The notes beneath the pieces were generated by a model. It ran no database searches. It was not told the origin of the DNA and saw only the letters and a list, made by a program, of their open reading frames with translations. A stretch of DNA of 64,000 nucleotides, from NCBI RefSeq assembly GCF_006345805.1, contig NC_043001.1:18228001-18292000 (forward strand), in the 5' to 3' direction. Positions 1-13,690 of the stretch are shown here, in pieces; the stretch's first letter is position 1, and each line of letters opens with the position of its first letter. The DNA is from Octopus sinensis. Taxonomy: Eukaryota. The position numbers and the translations under genes were made by a program.

Positions 1-1169
1 TTGAGCAAGTGTCTTCTACTAAAGTGTCAGGCCAACCAAAGCCTTGTGAGTGAATTTGGTAGATGGGAACTGAAGGAAGCCTGTCGTATATATATATATG
101 TTTGTGTATCTGTGTTACGTCCCTGTAACTTAGCGGTTCAGCAAAAGAGACCGATAGAATAAGTACTGGGCTTACAAAGAATAAGTCCCGGGGTCGATTT
201 GCTCGACTAAAGGCAGTGCTCCAGCATGGCCGCCTTTAGTCGAGCAAATTGACCCCGGGACTTATTCTTTGTAAGCCCAGTACTTATTCTATCGATCTCT
301 TTTGCCGAACCGCTAAGTGACAGGGACGTAAACACACCAGCATTGGTTGTCAAGCAATGCTAGGGGGACAAACACAGACACACAAATACATATATATATA
401 CAACAGGCTTCTTTCAGTTTCCGTCTACCAAATCCACTCACAAGGCATTGGTCGGCCCGAGGCTATAGCAGAAGACACTTGCCCAAGGTGCCACGCAGTG
501 GGACTGAACCCGGAACCATGTGGTTGGTAAGCAAGCTACTTACCACACAGCCACTCCTGCACCTATATCATGTGCAGAATTATTAACATAAGCCTTAGCA
601 GTTTGGGATTTTCATTAGATCTATGTTTTGTGATGTGGTTTTAACAGCTGGATGTGCCCTTCTCACTGCAAACCACTTTACAGCATGTACCAGGTACATT
701 TTGTTATGTTCCCCTCCGCTGCTTGCACTGGATAAGTCTGACAATTGAATTATACTCTCCAGATTGTATCAGCGTTTATGTCGTTGATTTAAACAGGTTG
801 TTTTTATTGCTGTTTGGGAAAACCACATTTCACCCAACACACATATACAAAGTGACAACAAAGCTGTTAACTTGGGTTTGGTTAACTCTTTTTATATAGT
901 TATTAGTGAATGTCATTGTGTTTAGTCATTTAACACCTTGGGTTTTTTTGTTGTTTATATTTACTTTATCCTGTCAGAAATGTTTCCAAAAGCATTCTAA
1001 CATGTGATTCATTCAGTTTTTCTTTTTTTCTCAGTAGTTTACCTCAGTCTTTTTCTTTCCAAAAGCAATAGCATATTTGGCTACTATTTTTAGTCAGCCA
1101 GGTGACCATGAACTTTTTAACATTTAAAGTGGCCATTCCCAGCTCAAATATTGTAGCTGCTTTATGTCA

Positions 1170-1454
1170 AAACTGGTCTCTCACATCTGGGCAAGGTTCT
1201 TTGTGGAAGACCAGCAGTTTGTCCATGCATAACAGCCTCCCCTCTCCACACCACTGATGTTGTTCAAGGGAAAGGCAAAGGGGCCGATACAGCTTGGCAC
1301 CAGTGACATCACAACTCATTTCTACAGCTGAGTGAACTGGAGCAACGTGAAATAAAGTGTCTTGCTCAAGAACACAACACACAGCCTGGTCTGGAAATCG
1401 AACTCACTACCTCATCATTGTAGCCCAACGCTCTAAGCACTGAGCCACGTGCTC
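1170..1454 (-). mobile_element. tRNA-derived SINE, third family (3' part also at 3360-3545)
   Basis: Head gtggctcagtg...gagttcgatttcc and gtgttcttgagcaagacac core. The tail is shared with 3400-3545. Confidence 0.7.
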
Positions 1455-1754
1455 AGAAGGTATAAGGAGATAATACTGGTAGGTACAGAAGAACAATGTC
1501 ATTCTAAAAATAAACAATCAAATTTTTTGAAATCTTAAAACTATGAGATAATGCATGATTAATTCGAATTAATAAGCATTACATTTGACAGGGAAATCTA
1601 GATGTTAAAGGGCTTTGAGGCCTCCATATGACTAGGGTTTATCAAAGCTAATTTTGTTGTTTTTGTGAGATGTTTCCTGGTGATGAAGTTTGGTTTTGTT
1701 TCATTTTAATTTAGGGAGTTAAGGACTGGTGACTGGAGAAAGAATAGCAGAAGA

Positions 1755-1970
1755 GGCAACGAGCTGGCAGAAACGTTAGCACGCCAGGCGAAATGCTTAG
1801 CAGTATTTTGTCTGCCGTTACGTTCTGAGTTCAAATTCCGCCGAGGTCGACTTTGCCTTTCATCCTTTTGGGGTCGATAAATTAAGTACCAGTTACGTAC
1901 TGGGGTCGATGTAATTGACTTAACCCGTTTGTCCTCTCTATGTTTAGGCCCTTGTGGGCAATAAAGAAAT
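1755..1970 (+). mobile_element. tRNA-derived SINE, family B (monomer). Other copies: 2333-2772(+), 2795-3008(+), 6080-6645(-), 50783-51191(+), 60575-60808(-), 62565-62945(-)
   Basis: B box gagttcaaattcc and a gcctttcatcctttcggggtcgataaa core (resembles the Deu/Nin SINE domain). 14-bp TSD AAGAATAGCAGAAG at 1740-1753 and 1971-1984. Confidence 0.88.
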
Positions 1971-4869
1971 AAGAATAGCAGAAGGGGTGAATTCAGGAAT
2001 CGTTGTTTCAATTTTATCTTTTTTTTTTTTTTGTTAACCTGCACAATGTGAAAATTCTTGGTGTGTCTGAGTCACTTGAGCTGCTAAAAATAGAAGCGAA
2101 ATCTTCAAATTATTCATTATTTTCTTCAAAGATAAAGAGGACACACACTGGATAAAGTCATTTAAAATGTCTGAAAAAAGAAAAAGAAAAAGAGGAGTGG
2201 TGGTCATATCAGGGATTCTATTAATCAAAGATGTTGGATCAAGGCTGACCTAGCACTAAATAATATAGGAATCCTCATCACCATCATCTTTTAATGTTTG
2301 TCTTCCAGGCTGGTATGGATTGGATAGCTTGAAGGCAGCGAGCTGGTAGAAGCGTTAGCAGGCCAACGCGGCGAGCTGGCAGAAGCGTTAGCACACCGGG
2401 CGAAATGCTTAGTGGCATTTCGTCTGCCGCTACGTTCTGAGTTCAAATTCCGCCGAGGTCAACTTTGCCTTTCATCCTTTCAGGGTTGATAAATTAAGTA
2501 CCAGTTATGCACTGGGGTCGATGTAATCGACTTAATACATATGTCTGTCCTTGTTTGTCCCCTCTGTGTTTAGCCCTTTGTGGGTAATAAAGAAATAGGT
2601 ATTTCGTCTGCCGCTACGTTCTGAGTTCAAATTCCGCCGACGTCGACTTTGCCTTTCATCCTTTTGGGGTCAATTAAATAAGTACCAGTTACGCACTGGG
2701 ATCGATGTAATCGACTTAATCCACTTGTCTGTCCCCTCTGTGTGTAGCCCCATGTGGGCAGTAAAGAAATAAGAGTTGTTAGCAGGCTTTAAAAAGGCGG
2801 CGAGCTGGCAGAATCGTTAGCACACCGGGCAAAATGCTCCGCAGTATTTCATCTATCGTTACGTTCTGAGTTCAAATTCCACTGGGGTCGACTTTGCCTT
2901 TCATCCTTTCGGGGTCGATAAATTAAGTACCAGTTGCATACTGAGGTTGATCTAATCGACTGGCCCCCTCCCCCAAAATTTCAGGCTTTGTGCCTAGAGT
3001 AGAAAGGACTGGATGACTTGACAGAATCTGACAGGTTGAAGGACTGGAGTCTGTTTATGGTTGTTACAGTTGGATGCCCTTCCTAATGCCAACCACTTCA
3101 GAGTGATTAATTGCTGTACCAATAATAGGATGTAGTTTGTAAGACAAAGGTGTACTTTCACCTGAAGGAGGCCATATGCTGGGGGGCAAGATAGTCAAAG
3201 TATGAAAGAAAGCCGGAACAAGGAGTCACATGACTACTTAGATTACAAAAGAGCCAGGGGTGGGAGTAACTGGGATACGGATGGAAAGAGATAAAACATA
3301 ACAGTGGGGAAGCTTCATAGTGGACCCTGAAAGTAAAAAAAAGAATAGTGAAGATCCCCTTCAGTCATAAATTGACCATAGAATTGCACCCGGAAAGTTA
3401 CACTCCGAGGCACAAGTCCAAGCAAGGTTGTTTATAGAAGACCAGCAGTTTATCCATGCATACAAGCCTTTCCTCTCCACACCACCAGTGTTATCCAAGG
3501 GAAAGGCAAAGGCCGACACAGCTTGGCACCTGTGACGTCGCAACTAATAGCTGTGTGGTAAGTAGCTTGCTTACCAACCACATGGCTCCGGGTTCAGTCC
3601 CACTGCATGGCATCTTGGGCAAGTGTCTTCTACTATAGCCCCGGGCCGACCAATGCCTTGTTAGTGGATTTGGTAGACGGAAACTGAAAGAGGCCTGTCG
3701 TATATATGTATATATACATTTGTCCTCACATGAGTCATCAAATGGTGTCACACCAACTTTTTCAGATGCAAAAAACAGACCCCAAATAATCTACCCATCA
3801 CTGGAAATTCCTCTTTCTATCAGGTAAAACACTTCAGAGCTCACACGAATGTTGGCACAATGAAAAGTAGATCTGGAAAGGTTGTGAGAGCAGAAACATA
3901 GATATGGGTTGTGTGCAAGAGGTAAGATGGAGGGGAGCCATAACTAGATTCCTCACAAGTACAAAATTTTGAGTGGAGAAATGGCTGAAGTCAATGTATT
4001 TAACAATGTTGTCTACGACCAGCTGAGGCTAGTCATAAGCAACTTCTGAACAATACCTACCTTGCTAATGGAAAACAGCAGGCACATTATGTTGAATGAG
4101 ACTGTAATGGTTAATTTGATGCAAATAAAGACCATGATACAGGCAATGAAAAAAAGGCTCTTGTAGTTTTGTGACCTAACTTTAGGAAACTGGCTGGCAA
4201 CCTGTTTGCCTACCAATCAGGTGAACAAATCAGATTTCATGTTCAACAGTAAAACAGGATAGATATTTAGTACTGCAAAAAATTTCCACTCACCATAAAG
4301 TAGTAATTAGTGACACCAAAATAAGAGCTAGACAGACCTAGAAACACAAGACAATATAGAGAAGGAAGGTATGGAAGCTGAGAGATATCTGACAGATTCA
4401 AAAAGAGTTCCTAGATTAGAGATAGAGGCCTATAATATAGACAACTGGTTGTTTGAGACAACCCATGATCCACAGACCAGATACTGTAATTTCTAGCAGC
4501 ATACAAGTCAAATTCTTCAGACCAAAATGTACAGCAAAAGAAGAGGGTGGGTGAGGTAGGTTAACTTATATACCAAGATGACTTAGGAGGACCAGAAATT
4601 CCATGTGAATGAAATGTAGCAGGATTTAGAAAGAAAGCAACAATATTGAATTGTTTACACTGTATACACCCTTGACTTGGTTGCAGTAGTTATGGTAGAC
4701 CAAGCCTCCAGCCAAATGGAATAATAGTAGAGACAGCCTGCAGAAAATGAAGTTGGGGGGGGGGACAAAAAACAGTATTAAGTAGCTAAATGTCAATTAG
4801 GGTAGGGAATTTTGGCCCAGCAACCTTGGAAAGTAAATAACTCCAGGCATAATTCCTTCGAGCATGTGA

Positions 4870-5250
4870 AGAGAGGATCATCATCATCATTGTTTGACTG
4901 TGGACGAGACAATGGAATTTTCTATGTTACGCCAGACTTCACGGAGGTCCTGTTGCTGGATGCCTGTATCCCTGGAGATTACATCAGGGTAGGAGAGTGT
5001 GCGCCCTCTGGTATCGCAAGCAGATGGCTTCCAGAGGAGAAGAGTAGAAATTATCTCTTTTTCAGCTCTACAACAATGTCCAGCAAACTGGACTCTCCTA
5101 CCTTTCACAAGAGATGACACAGGTGGTAGTTTCCCATATATTTGTACTTTGGTTGGATGGCGCTTCCACGAGAGATTTTGAGCTCTCGTAAGGAGGCGAG
5201 TGTAAGTTCCATCCAACCGCCTCTCAAGCTTCTTTGATAACGTCCAGGTT
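4870..5250 (-). mobile_element. 3' fragment of a second RTE-like LINE family
   Basis: Peptide ETWTLSKKLERRLDGTYTRLL...SWKRHPT...YGKLPPVS...RRVQFAGHC, with a (TGA)n tail. Confidence 0.7.
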
Positions 5251-7469
5251 TCTGAAAACAAGAGAGGAAGGCTAAAGGAATTAATCACAACAGTGATTTG
5301 GCTTGGAAAAAACTCAAGCCCCACCAGAAGAGGTTGAAGACAAATGGACAGGGACTGTGTCCTAGAACTCCCACTCCAAATCCAGTCATGAGGATAAGAA
5401 TTCATAGACAACTGTACAAGGATAGAAAATGTGTTGCTAGTTTTCTGTAATGTATCTGGGGTATTCTGAACTGCAAAACATTTGGTATGAATCGAGACAT
5501 TATCAATGGAAAGTTCCCACTCTTTTACTTGTTTCAGTCATTTGACAGCAGCCATGCTGGAGCACCGCCTTTAGTCAAGCAAATCGACCCCTGGACTTAT
5601 TCTTTGTAAGCCTAGTACTAATTCTATCGGTCACTTTTGCCGAACTGCTAAGTTACGGGGACGTAAACACACCAGCATCGGTCATCAAGCAATGTTGGGG
5701 GGGGACAAACACATATAACGGGCTTCTTTCAGTTTCCGTCTACCAAATCCACTCACAAGGCATTGGTCGACCCGAGGCTATAGTAGAAGAGACTTGCCCA
5801 AGGTGTCACGCAGTGGGACTGAACCCTGAACCATGTGGTTGGTAAGCAAGCTACTTACCACACAAAGCAATACATCTGCTTTCACCGCAGTTAAAAAAAG
5901 GAAACACAGAAAATGCTAGTAAAATTTTCAATACGAGAATGTGTGGAACAAAGAGGAAGAGCAGTGAACCCAACTGCAGGCACAGTTATACCATCAAAAA
6001 TGGCCAAACCATCTGGGATGGAGATGCTGGAAACAGCTAGCAAAGTAGGTTATGCATAAGTGACTTGGATAACCAATATTGTTTTCTACTCTAGGCATAA
6101 GGCCTGAAATTGTTGGGGAGGGGCCGGTCAATTAGACCGACCTCAGTATACAACTGGTACTTAATTTATGAACCCCGAAAGGATGAAAGGCAAAGTTGAC
6201 CTTGGCGGAATTTGAACTCATAATGTAAAGGTAGATGAAATGCCGCTAACATTTCTTATTTTTTTTATTACCCACAAGGGGCTAAACAAGGACAGGCAAA
6301 GGGATTAAGTCAATTACATCGACCCCAGTGCGTAACTGGTACTTAATTTACCAACCACGAAAGGATGAAAGGCAAAGTTGACCTTGGCGGAATTTGAACT
6401 CAGAATGTAACAGCAGACAAAATACCTATTTCTTTACTACCCACAAGGGGCTAAACACAGAGAGGACAAACAAGGACAGACACATGGATTAAGTCGATAA
6501 CATCGACCCCAGTGCATAACTGGTACTTAATTTATCGACCCCGAAAGGATGAAAGGCAAAGTCAACCTCAGCTGAATTTGAACTCAGAACGTAACGGCAG
6601 AAGAAATACAGCCAAGCATCTTGCCTGATATGCTAACGTTCCTACCAGCTCACGGCCTTTGGATCGTCAATATTACAAGATGGGGGTCATTCTTAATGAG
6701 TAGCTCAATAGCTTTATCAGTAACCAAAGAAGTAAAGATGCTCAGGAAAGAAGTAGAGACGTCAGATAAACCATGTTTGAAAGTAACAAATGGTTACAGC
6801 ATCACCATTTTAGGAATTCTTTGAGGCAAAATTTTCTACTGTCAGATGCCCTTCCCAAACCTTTCGTTTCCAAGCAAGGTAAAAATCTCAAATCTCTTGA
6901 ACAACGAAATATCCAAGACATTTACAATTTTTTTTTTTTGTAAGAGATCATGCAACATGTAAAGAAGCCCCAACATACTTGACAATAAGCATGACACCAC
7001 CTATATTTAATAACAAGGCTGTTTTGTTTACAAAAACTAAATACAAAGACCAGGTAAAATCAAACATATAAGCAGGTGCTGAAAAGTTCCTGGCTTTGAG
7101 CAAAAGAAAATACAGGGCAATCATGATTTTATTCAACATAGGCACAGGAGTGGCTGTGTGGTAAGTAGCTTGCTTACTGACCACATGGTTCCAGGTTCAG
7201 TCCCACTACGTGACACCTTGGGCAAGAGTTTTCTACTATAGCCCAAGGGCCGACCAATGCCCTGTGAGTGGATTTGATAGATGGAAATTGAAAGAAGCCT
7301 GTCATATATACATGTATATATATGCATGTGAGCCTGTATTTGTCCCCCCAAACATCACTTGACAAGCAATGGTGGTGTGTTTATGTTCCTGTAACTTAGC
7401 GGTTTGGCAAAAAGAGACTGATAGAATAAGTCCTGGGGCTGATTTGCTCGACTAAAGGGAGACTGAAAC

Positions 7470-7500
<31 letters not shown>

Positions 7501-9523
7501 GAGTAAAAAGAAAAAGAGATATTCTCCTCTCAGACTTATTGCACTAGTCCTTCAGTTTTGCTAAGCCCTGGAAAAGAACTGTAGGTTAAATGTCACTGAA
7601 AAAAAAACAATTGCATTGAAGTCTTAATGCTGAGATAATAGCACGATTATGCCAGCCCCCCACCACCTGAATGTGGCCAATGTCAGTGCAACCTGACTGG
7701 CACCCGTGCCACAAAAGCACCCCACTACACAGTTGTTGGCATTAGGAAGGGCATCCAGCTGTAGAAACATTGCCAGATCAGATTGGAACCTGGTGTAGCC
7801 AATCTGGCTTGCCAGTCCCCCAGTCAAACCCATACCAGCATGGAAAAACAGAAATTAAACAATGATGAATTCAAAACAATCTGAGTAAGTATTACATTTG
7901 ACTAATCTCAACACTAAATGGTTAATCTACCAATCAGCTTTCTGTTAATGGCTTCATGTGGAGAAAGATCATTAAATGAAGTTATTTAACTGATCTATAG
8001 CAAACTAAGTTAAAGGGGAGAAAAGTCTTTGCAATTGGTCATTTTTATACAAATTTTACAGGTTTTAGATTTGTTTGAAGTCCTGGGGTTCATTTGCTCG
8101 ACTAAAGGTAGTGCTCCAGCATGGCCCACAGTCAAATGAATAGAGTTGCAACACATCTTTAGTTAACTACTTAAAGATGTCAGTTTGGTAAACAAGTCAC
8201 TGAACTTACCATAACCAGCAAATATTGTTATGTCCAAACCTTACACCTATCCTACAATGTCATTTTTTTTTTAAATCTCAAAAGGTACAGGAGTGGCTGT
8301 GTGGTAAGTAGCTTGCTCACAAAACACATGGTTCTTGGTTCAGTTCCACTGCGTGGCACCTTGGGCAAGTGTCTTCTACTATAGCCTCGGGTCGCCCAAA
8401 GCCTTGGGAGTGGATTTGGTAGACGGAAACTGAAAGAAGCCCATCATATATGTGAGCGCGTCTCCCCCCAACATTGCTTGACAACCGATGCTAGTGTGTT
8501 TTCGTCCCTGTAACTTAGTTTGGCAAAAGTGACCGATAGAATAAGTGCTAAGCTTACAAAGAGTAAGTCCTGGGGGTCGATTTGCTCGATTAAAGGCAGT
8601 GCTCCAGCATAGCCACAGTCAAATGACTGAGACAAGTAAAGGTGCAAGATAATTTAAAATCAAGACAAAGCATCACACTCAGTAGTAATCTGAATGCCAA
8701 AAAGTTAAAAAGCTGTATTGAAACTTCTCATTGCCCGTCTTTCACTTCACTGCTCAGAACAGTTTACTTCAAGCTCATGAAGTAATACCTTTGCACAAGT
8801 ACATCACATGCTAGACACAGTAGCTTAATTAGATACTCAAAAATCACATCCTAACATCTTTTTGAAAGGATGTATTGAAAAAAAAAAAAAAGAAGAAAAA
8901 AAAAAAAAATGTAGTTCCATCTCTTTACAAATACGTGTGTACATAAGATCAATGCAGACTATTCTTCTACTTGTTTGTCATTTGACTGACCATGCTTCAG
9001 CACCGCCTTTAGTCAAGTAAATCAACCCTAGGACTTATTCTTTGTAAGCCTAGTACTTATTCTATCGGGCTCTTTTGCCAAACCGTTAAGTGACAGGGGA
9101 CATAAACACACCAGCAGCAGTTGTCAAGCGATGTTGGGACACACACACACAACGGGCTTCTTTCAGTTTCTGACTACCAAATCCATTGAAGGCTTTGGTC
9201 GGCCAGAGGCTATAGTGGAAGACGCCCGCCCAAGGCGCCACGCAGTGGGACTGAACCCAGAACCATGAGATTAGAAAGCTTCTGTAAAAAGGATGAAGCT
9301 CAATTTCTGAAATGACTATCCTAATCAACTTGAAGAAACATACTTATGACTAGAGGTAAACTACCGAAAGCAGGGTTTCTGCTAGGGTGACAAATGCAAA
9401 ATAAGCATTCAACTCTTCACTTAGTGTCAGATAAATGTCCAATGTATTTTACCAAATCCAACTGTAGGGAGAGAGAGAAAAAAAAAAAAAAAAAAAGCTT
9501 TAGTGTCTGCCCATTGGGTTTAA

Positions 9524-9733
9524 CCCTTTCATTACCAACCCGGCCCTGGCTCTAAGTACAAATGTCTTGTTTTCATAAGTTTTGAATTAAAATCTTCCAC
9601 CAAACCTTAGAAACAATTTATGTTCCTAACACTGGCTGAATGATAACTAATTTATTTTACTTAATTCTTGGTTATATTTAAAGTAATTGAAAGAAAAACA
9701 GAGTATCTCAAAATAAATACAGTAATGAAAGGG
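9524..9733. mobile_element. piggyBac-like MITE family 1 (inverted second copy at 17129-17336)
   Basis: TTAA|CCCTTTCRTTAC...GTAAYGAAAGGG|TTAA at both loci. Confidence 0.8.
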
Positions 9734-10016
9734 TTAAAGGAACCCTTTCACACAATGAAATGGTAGGGATAGAGAATAGTCAAGATTTTTCAACTCATTT
9801 CTTCACATGTTGGTAGGAAGAAAAAAAAAAACAATCTGTAATTTAAAAAGAACTGGGGTTGAACTAAAAATATAGGAGTCTGAAAACAATTCTTGGCAAA
9901 GGAGCAGCATCAAACTGTTCCTAACAATTTGTGTATATTGCAATGAAGTTAGGGTAAAGGCTAATTTGATTACTTAAACGAACAACATAATCGGTTCAGT
10001 AGAAATCCTCATTTAA

Positions 10017-10236
10017 CCCTTTAGTATTTAAACCGGCCATATCTGGTCCAGACATTCTGCATGTTTTATATTCAAACTGGCAATATCTAGCCTCTCACAC
10101 CTAACCTACATTGACATTCTAAAAATAAACAATCACATCATTGAAACCTCAAAGCTGTAAGATAATACATGATTAATTCAAAACAATTTGAGTGAAAAAG
10201 TATTACATTTAACAGAGTAATCTGAACATTAAAGGG
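10017..10236. mobile_element. piggyBac-like MITE family 2; other copies/fragments at ~27824-28241, 36032-36250, 49960-50165, 16200-16380, 16690-17055, 17920-18030, 19510-19650, 1495-1610
   Basis: TTAA|CCCTTTAG..TT...AAAGGG|TTAA termini with a shared internal sequence. Confidence 0.8.
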
Positions 10237-10299
10237 TTAAAGAGAAAAATATTCAACATTGAAGGAAAGGCTTAAAAAACATTGAGGACAAGACAATTT

Positions 10300-12572
10300 C
10301 TGAGGCAGGATTTTTTTAAATTTTTATTGCTGAGAACAAAATTATTTTAATGAAGGTCTTTGGTATTTTATTCAGTGTTGCTTGAAGCCTTGATAAGAAA
10401 GAATTTTATTTTAGTTTAGTTTAGTTTCAGATCTAAATTAACTAAGAAAATAAAACTGCCCTAATTAATCACTAATACAAAATGTTATAATCTTGTCACA
10501 ACCAAATAAAGGTAGGAAAAAAAAAAAAAAAAAAAATAAATAAATTTGTTTCTAGAAATGAATTACAATGTCTTAATATGCCAAGGTCAGTTGGCATTGT
10601 AAGACTTAATATGTATGAAGAGGAGGTGGTGATAAATAGAAAAAAACCTGCTTAAAATTGACACGGTTTATCATTTTGAAGCAGTCCACCCCTCCAAAAG
10701 AATAGGCACAAAAGGCAAACACTTATATACGAGAGTCAATATTTCTTGGGAGGTCTTACAAAAAAACCTGCTTTAAATGTTTGTGGTTCTATTCTTCGCA
10801 TTAAGTTTGTAATATTGGTCTAGTCTTGGTTGGTTGGTTGGTTGGTAAGAGAAAGCAGATCCCAAACAGAAATATTAAGCTCTTATTCGAGATCTAAAAA
10901 GTCATAGAGTAAACTATATCGAATGTCCAAACTTCTGAATTAAAATTCTTTAAAAACAATGTAGAGGACAGCCTAACCATGGGTTACAGCTTAGAAGATT
11001 TAGGAGTAAGTTGCATGGAGCTATGACATTTTTAGGCCAAATAAGATTTGTAGTTTCAGTTAGATTGACAAGTTCACATTTGCTTATCTTTTCGTCCGAT
11101 AAAAAGAGCCCAATGTCCATTTGCCAAATCCTAGAAACTTAAAGCACTTCATTAAAGCCAGCCTTAGGTTCTCATTAGAGCTTGTAGGGGGGAGGGGGAG
11201 AAAAAAAAAGACCATTACCATAAATTAACCAAATAGCTTAATCTAAACAAATGGGGGGGAAAAATTAATAGTATTACAAAAGCTAAAGACCCCTTGTTAC
11301 AAACCTGCCTCTCAAGGGTAACAATTGGGTTCAAATGAAATCAAGACTGATATTTACTGGGGACTAAATTAAAAATTAACAGTATCTTAAAAAAAAAAAA
11401 AGTTAACAGGGAGGAACCTGAATGCTATTTTAAGGGTCAACACAAAATCGCTCATCTGAAATTTAGATGAATCTGTAAGTGATAAACTTTATGGTAATGG
11501 CATTAAAAGCTGTTTAAAAAAAAGGGGGCATTGAATGGAATTCATTCCTATTGTGTGGAAGCTGCTGAGAAATCTTGGAGAACTATCTACTTCTTTATTT
11601 TGTAAATAGAAAGATTTATCTTACCTACAACTAAATCCTTGTTAATATCAATTACCTTATTAGAATTAAAGGGGTTTTATATAACCTTTTAAAACCTACA
11701 GAAGTAAAGACTTAATTAAAAACCTTAACACTTAAGGTACTCTGATTCTATAGCAGCCCCCATAATACAACAGTAAACCACCATTGTTCAATTTGGTCCC
11801 GAAGAGTTGATCAGTTTCAAAAATGTTTAAGCAAGTCAGAGGTCGTTATCGTTAAAGGCATGTCTGGAGATCAAATTCAAAGATGCAAATAATTAGCCTT
11901 TTACCATTAGTTCTTTAGCTGTAAAGTTGCTACTAAATGAGTAGAAAGTATCACAGTCATGATTAATTGGCTAAAAAGTGAAGAAATCAGATTGCATTGA
12001 GGTTTTTTAAAGCCTTCACAAATAATTCCTCTTCACACTTCCAAAAATGGAAATTTTGAAAGTCTATACCCAACTTTAAATTCTGAAAAAGTTGCCAGCA
12101 CATTAAGGCTGTTTATCAAGGAACCATGTCTAATTCCAGGCAAGTCGTACATAGTTCTGTTGATGAGCAAGCTGAGGAAGGAAGAGTGAAGGGGAATACA
12201 TCAAGGCTTGTTTAGAAGAGGTAAGAATTCAAGGCACTGGAAAGCTAACCAGCAGTTCTGTGCCATTCTTTTTATATAATTATAGCTAAGATATTTCAAT
12301 TTCAAATGACTTTCTAAAACTATTGTAAGCAGTGAGGCTCTTATAAGTTGCATCTTTAAAAAGGATCGAAAAAAAAAAAAAAAGAAAAAAGGGTTCACTC
12401 TTGTTTAGTTGAAAGTCTGAATGATGGAAATTTAACTCAACTGTAGCAAGATTCAAAATAACTCCAATTAAAGCAGATATGGAAGATATCCAAAATTAAA
12501 GATCCTCAGCAATGGAGTGAACATTCATTGCTGGAGCAAAACCATTTTTAGTTAGTTTTCTGGATTTTACCA
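10300..12572 (-). other. DDX6: Predicted terminal 3'UTR exon of DDX6
   Basis: Strong acceptor ttttttttctgtaattttctgttttaccttttgcag at 12573. The ~2.3-kb stretch has no recognisable SINE/MITE. AATAAA hexamers on the minus strand at 10328-10323, 10372-10367, 10410-10405 and 11599-11594. The 3' end is approximate. Confidence 0.55.
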
Positions 12573-13198
12573 CTGCAAAAGGTAAAACAGAAAATTACAG
12601 AAAAAAAAAGATTTAAATAAAAAGCGATCACATAGCATTTTTTTCAGTGATCATAAACAAGTAGCAAGTCGTCACAATGACTTATTAATTCAATCTTATT
12701 GAATCGTTTGTCAATTATGAAGCTATGAGAAATGTTGCAGCTTTAAATTTTTTTTTCTTTTTGTTTTAAACATTTTGTCTCTGAACTAATCACATCAAAA
12801 GTGATATGTTTTGTCTATATCTAGCTGAACTTGCATTGCTTTTTAATTTGGTAAGAATCCATGAAAACCCAATAGCTAAAGTTTGGTAAGAGGTTCAGTT
12901 CAGTTGTTATTTTTTTTTTACTAGCTTGTGACGACCAGAAAGGAATTTCTCAAAATAAAAAAATATGGCAGAGTGGGTTTAGGACTTCTTCAAGACATCC
13001 AATGAGCATTTTTAGGAGGTGGAAGGAAAAAAAAAAATTGCAGTTTTGTCAACAGCATTTTAAATTTTTCAAGTCATTGGGTTATTGCCTATATCCCAAG
13101 CCCCACTCAGAAGATTGCAGTTGAATAGCAAATGTCTTTACAGTACCTGTATTTTTATTTAGCAAGTGTCAACAGCAGTAGCTGCACATAAGACTCAC

Positions 13199-13690
13199 CC
13201 AGCAGAATTGAGTCAATCCAAAGCATTAGAAAAAAAACATTCTGCCAGTGCTGACAGAGTATGCACAACATTTTTTTCTGAGTGGGATGGTCATTATTTA
13301 CATTGTATATACAGTTATGTTGAGCACGTGCTGCACAAGGTATAGAAGACGAGATCTTGGCGACAGTTAAAAAAGGAACCACTGTTCGGTCGCCAGCTGT
13401 GCTATTCAACAGCTGTGAGCACGATACAAAAATATAGAAATTTACAAAATACACAAGCTCTGCCAGTAATGTATGCACATTAGGCAAGCAGTGTAAAAGG
13501 TAATGTTAGGATTCTTTTGCGTTCAGCACCTTGCACAAACCCAACGAGCAGAATGTGCACTTCACATTTACCTTTAAGGCTGATATTTACAAGGTCAAAT
13601 CTTAAGCCATTTTCTTTTTTTTTTGTTAAATAAATGCTTATGCATGTAGATTTCCATTTTGACAGTTTTTATAACATTTTATCTGAGTAA
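13199..13690 (-). other. DDX6: Predicted DDX6 3'UTR exon (492 nt)
   Basis: Strong acceptor cttcatcttttctatccctcttccttctccacag at 13691 and strong donor TGG|GTGAGT at 13198. Confidence 0.6.

Noticed and set aside
347-586. Recurrent ORF ...ASFSFRLPNPLTRxWSARGYSRRHLPKV...GTMWLVSKLLTTQP (also 3491, 18525, 53279, 55218)
   Set aside because: It is the antisense reading of the family-A SINE head, not a gene family.
3750-4800. Possible ancient CR1/L2 relic (similarly a Tc1-like relic at ~37200-37500 and an RTE relic at ~49400-49900)
   Set aside because: Only a few decayed motifs remain, so boundaries and class cannot be supported without alignment.
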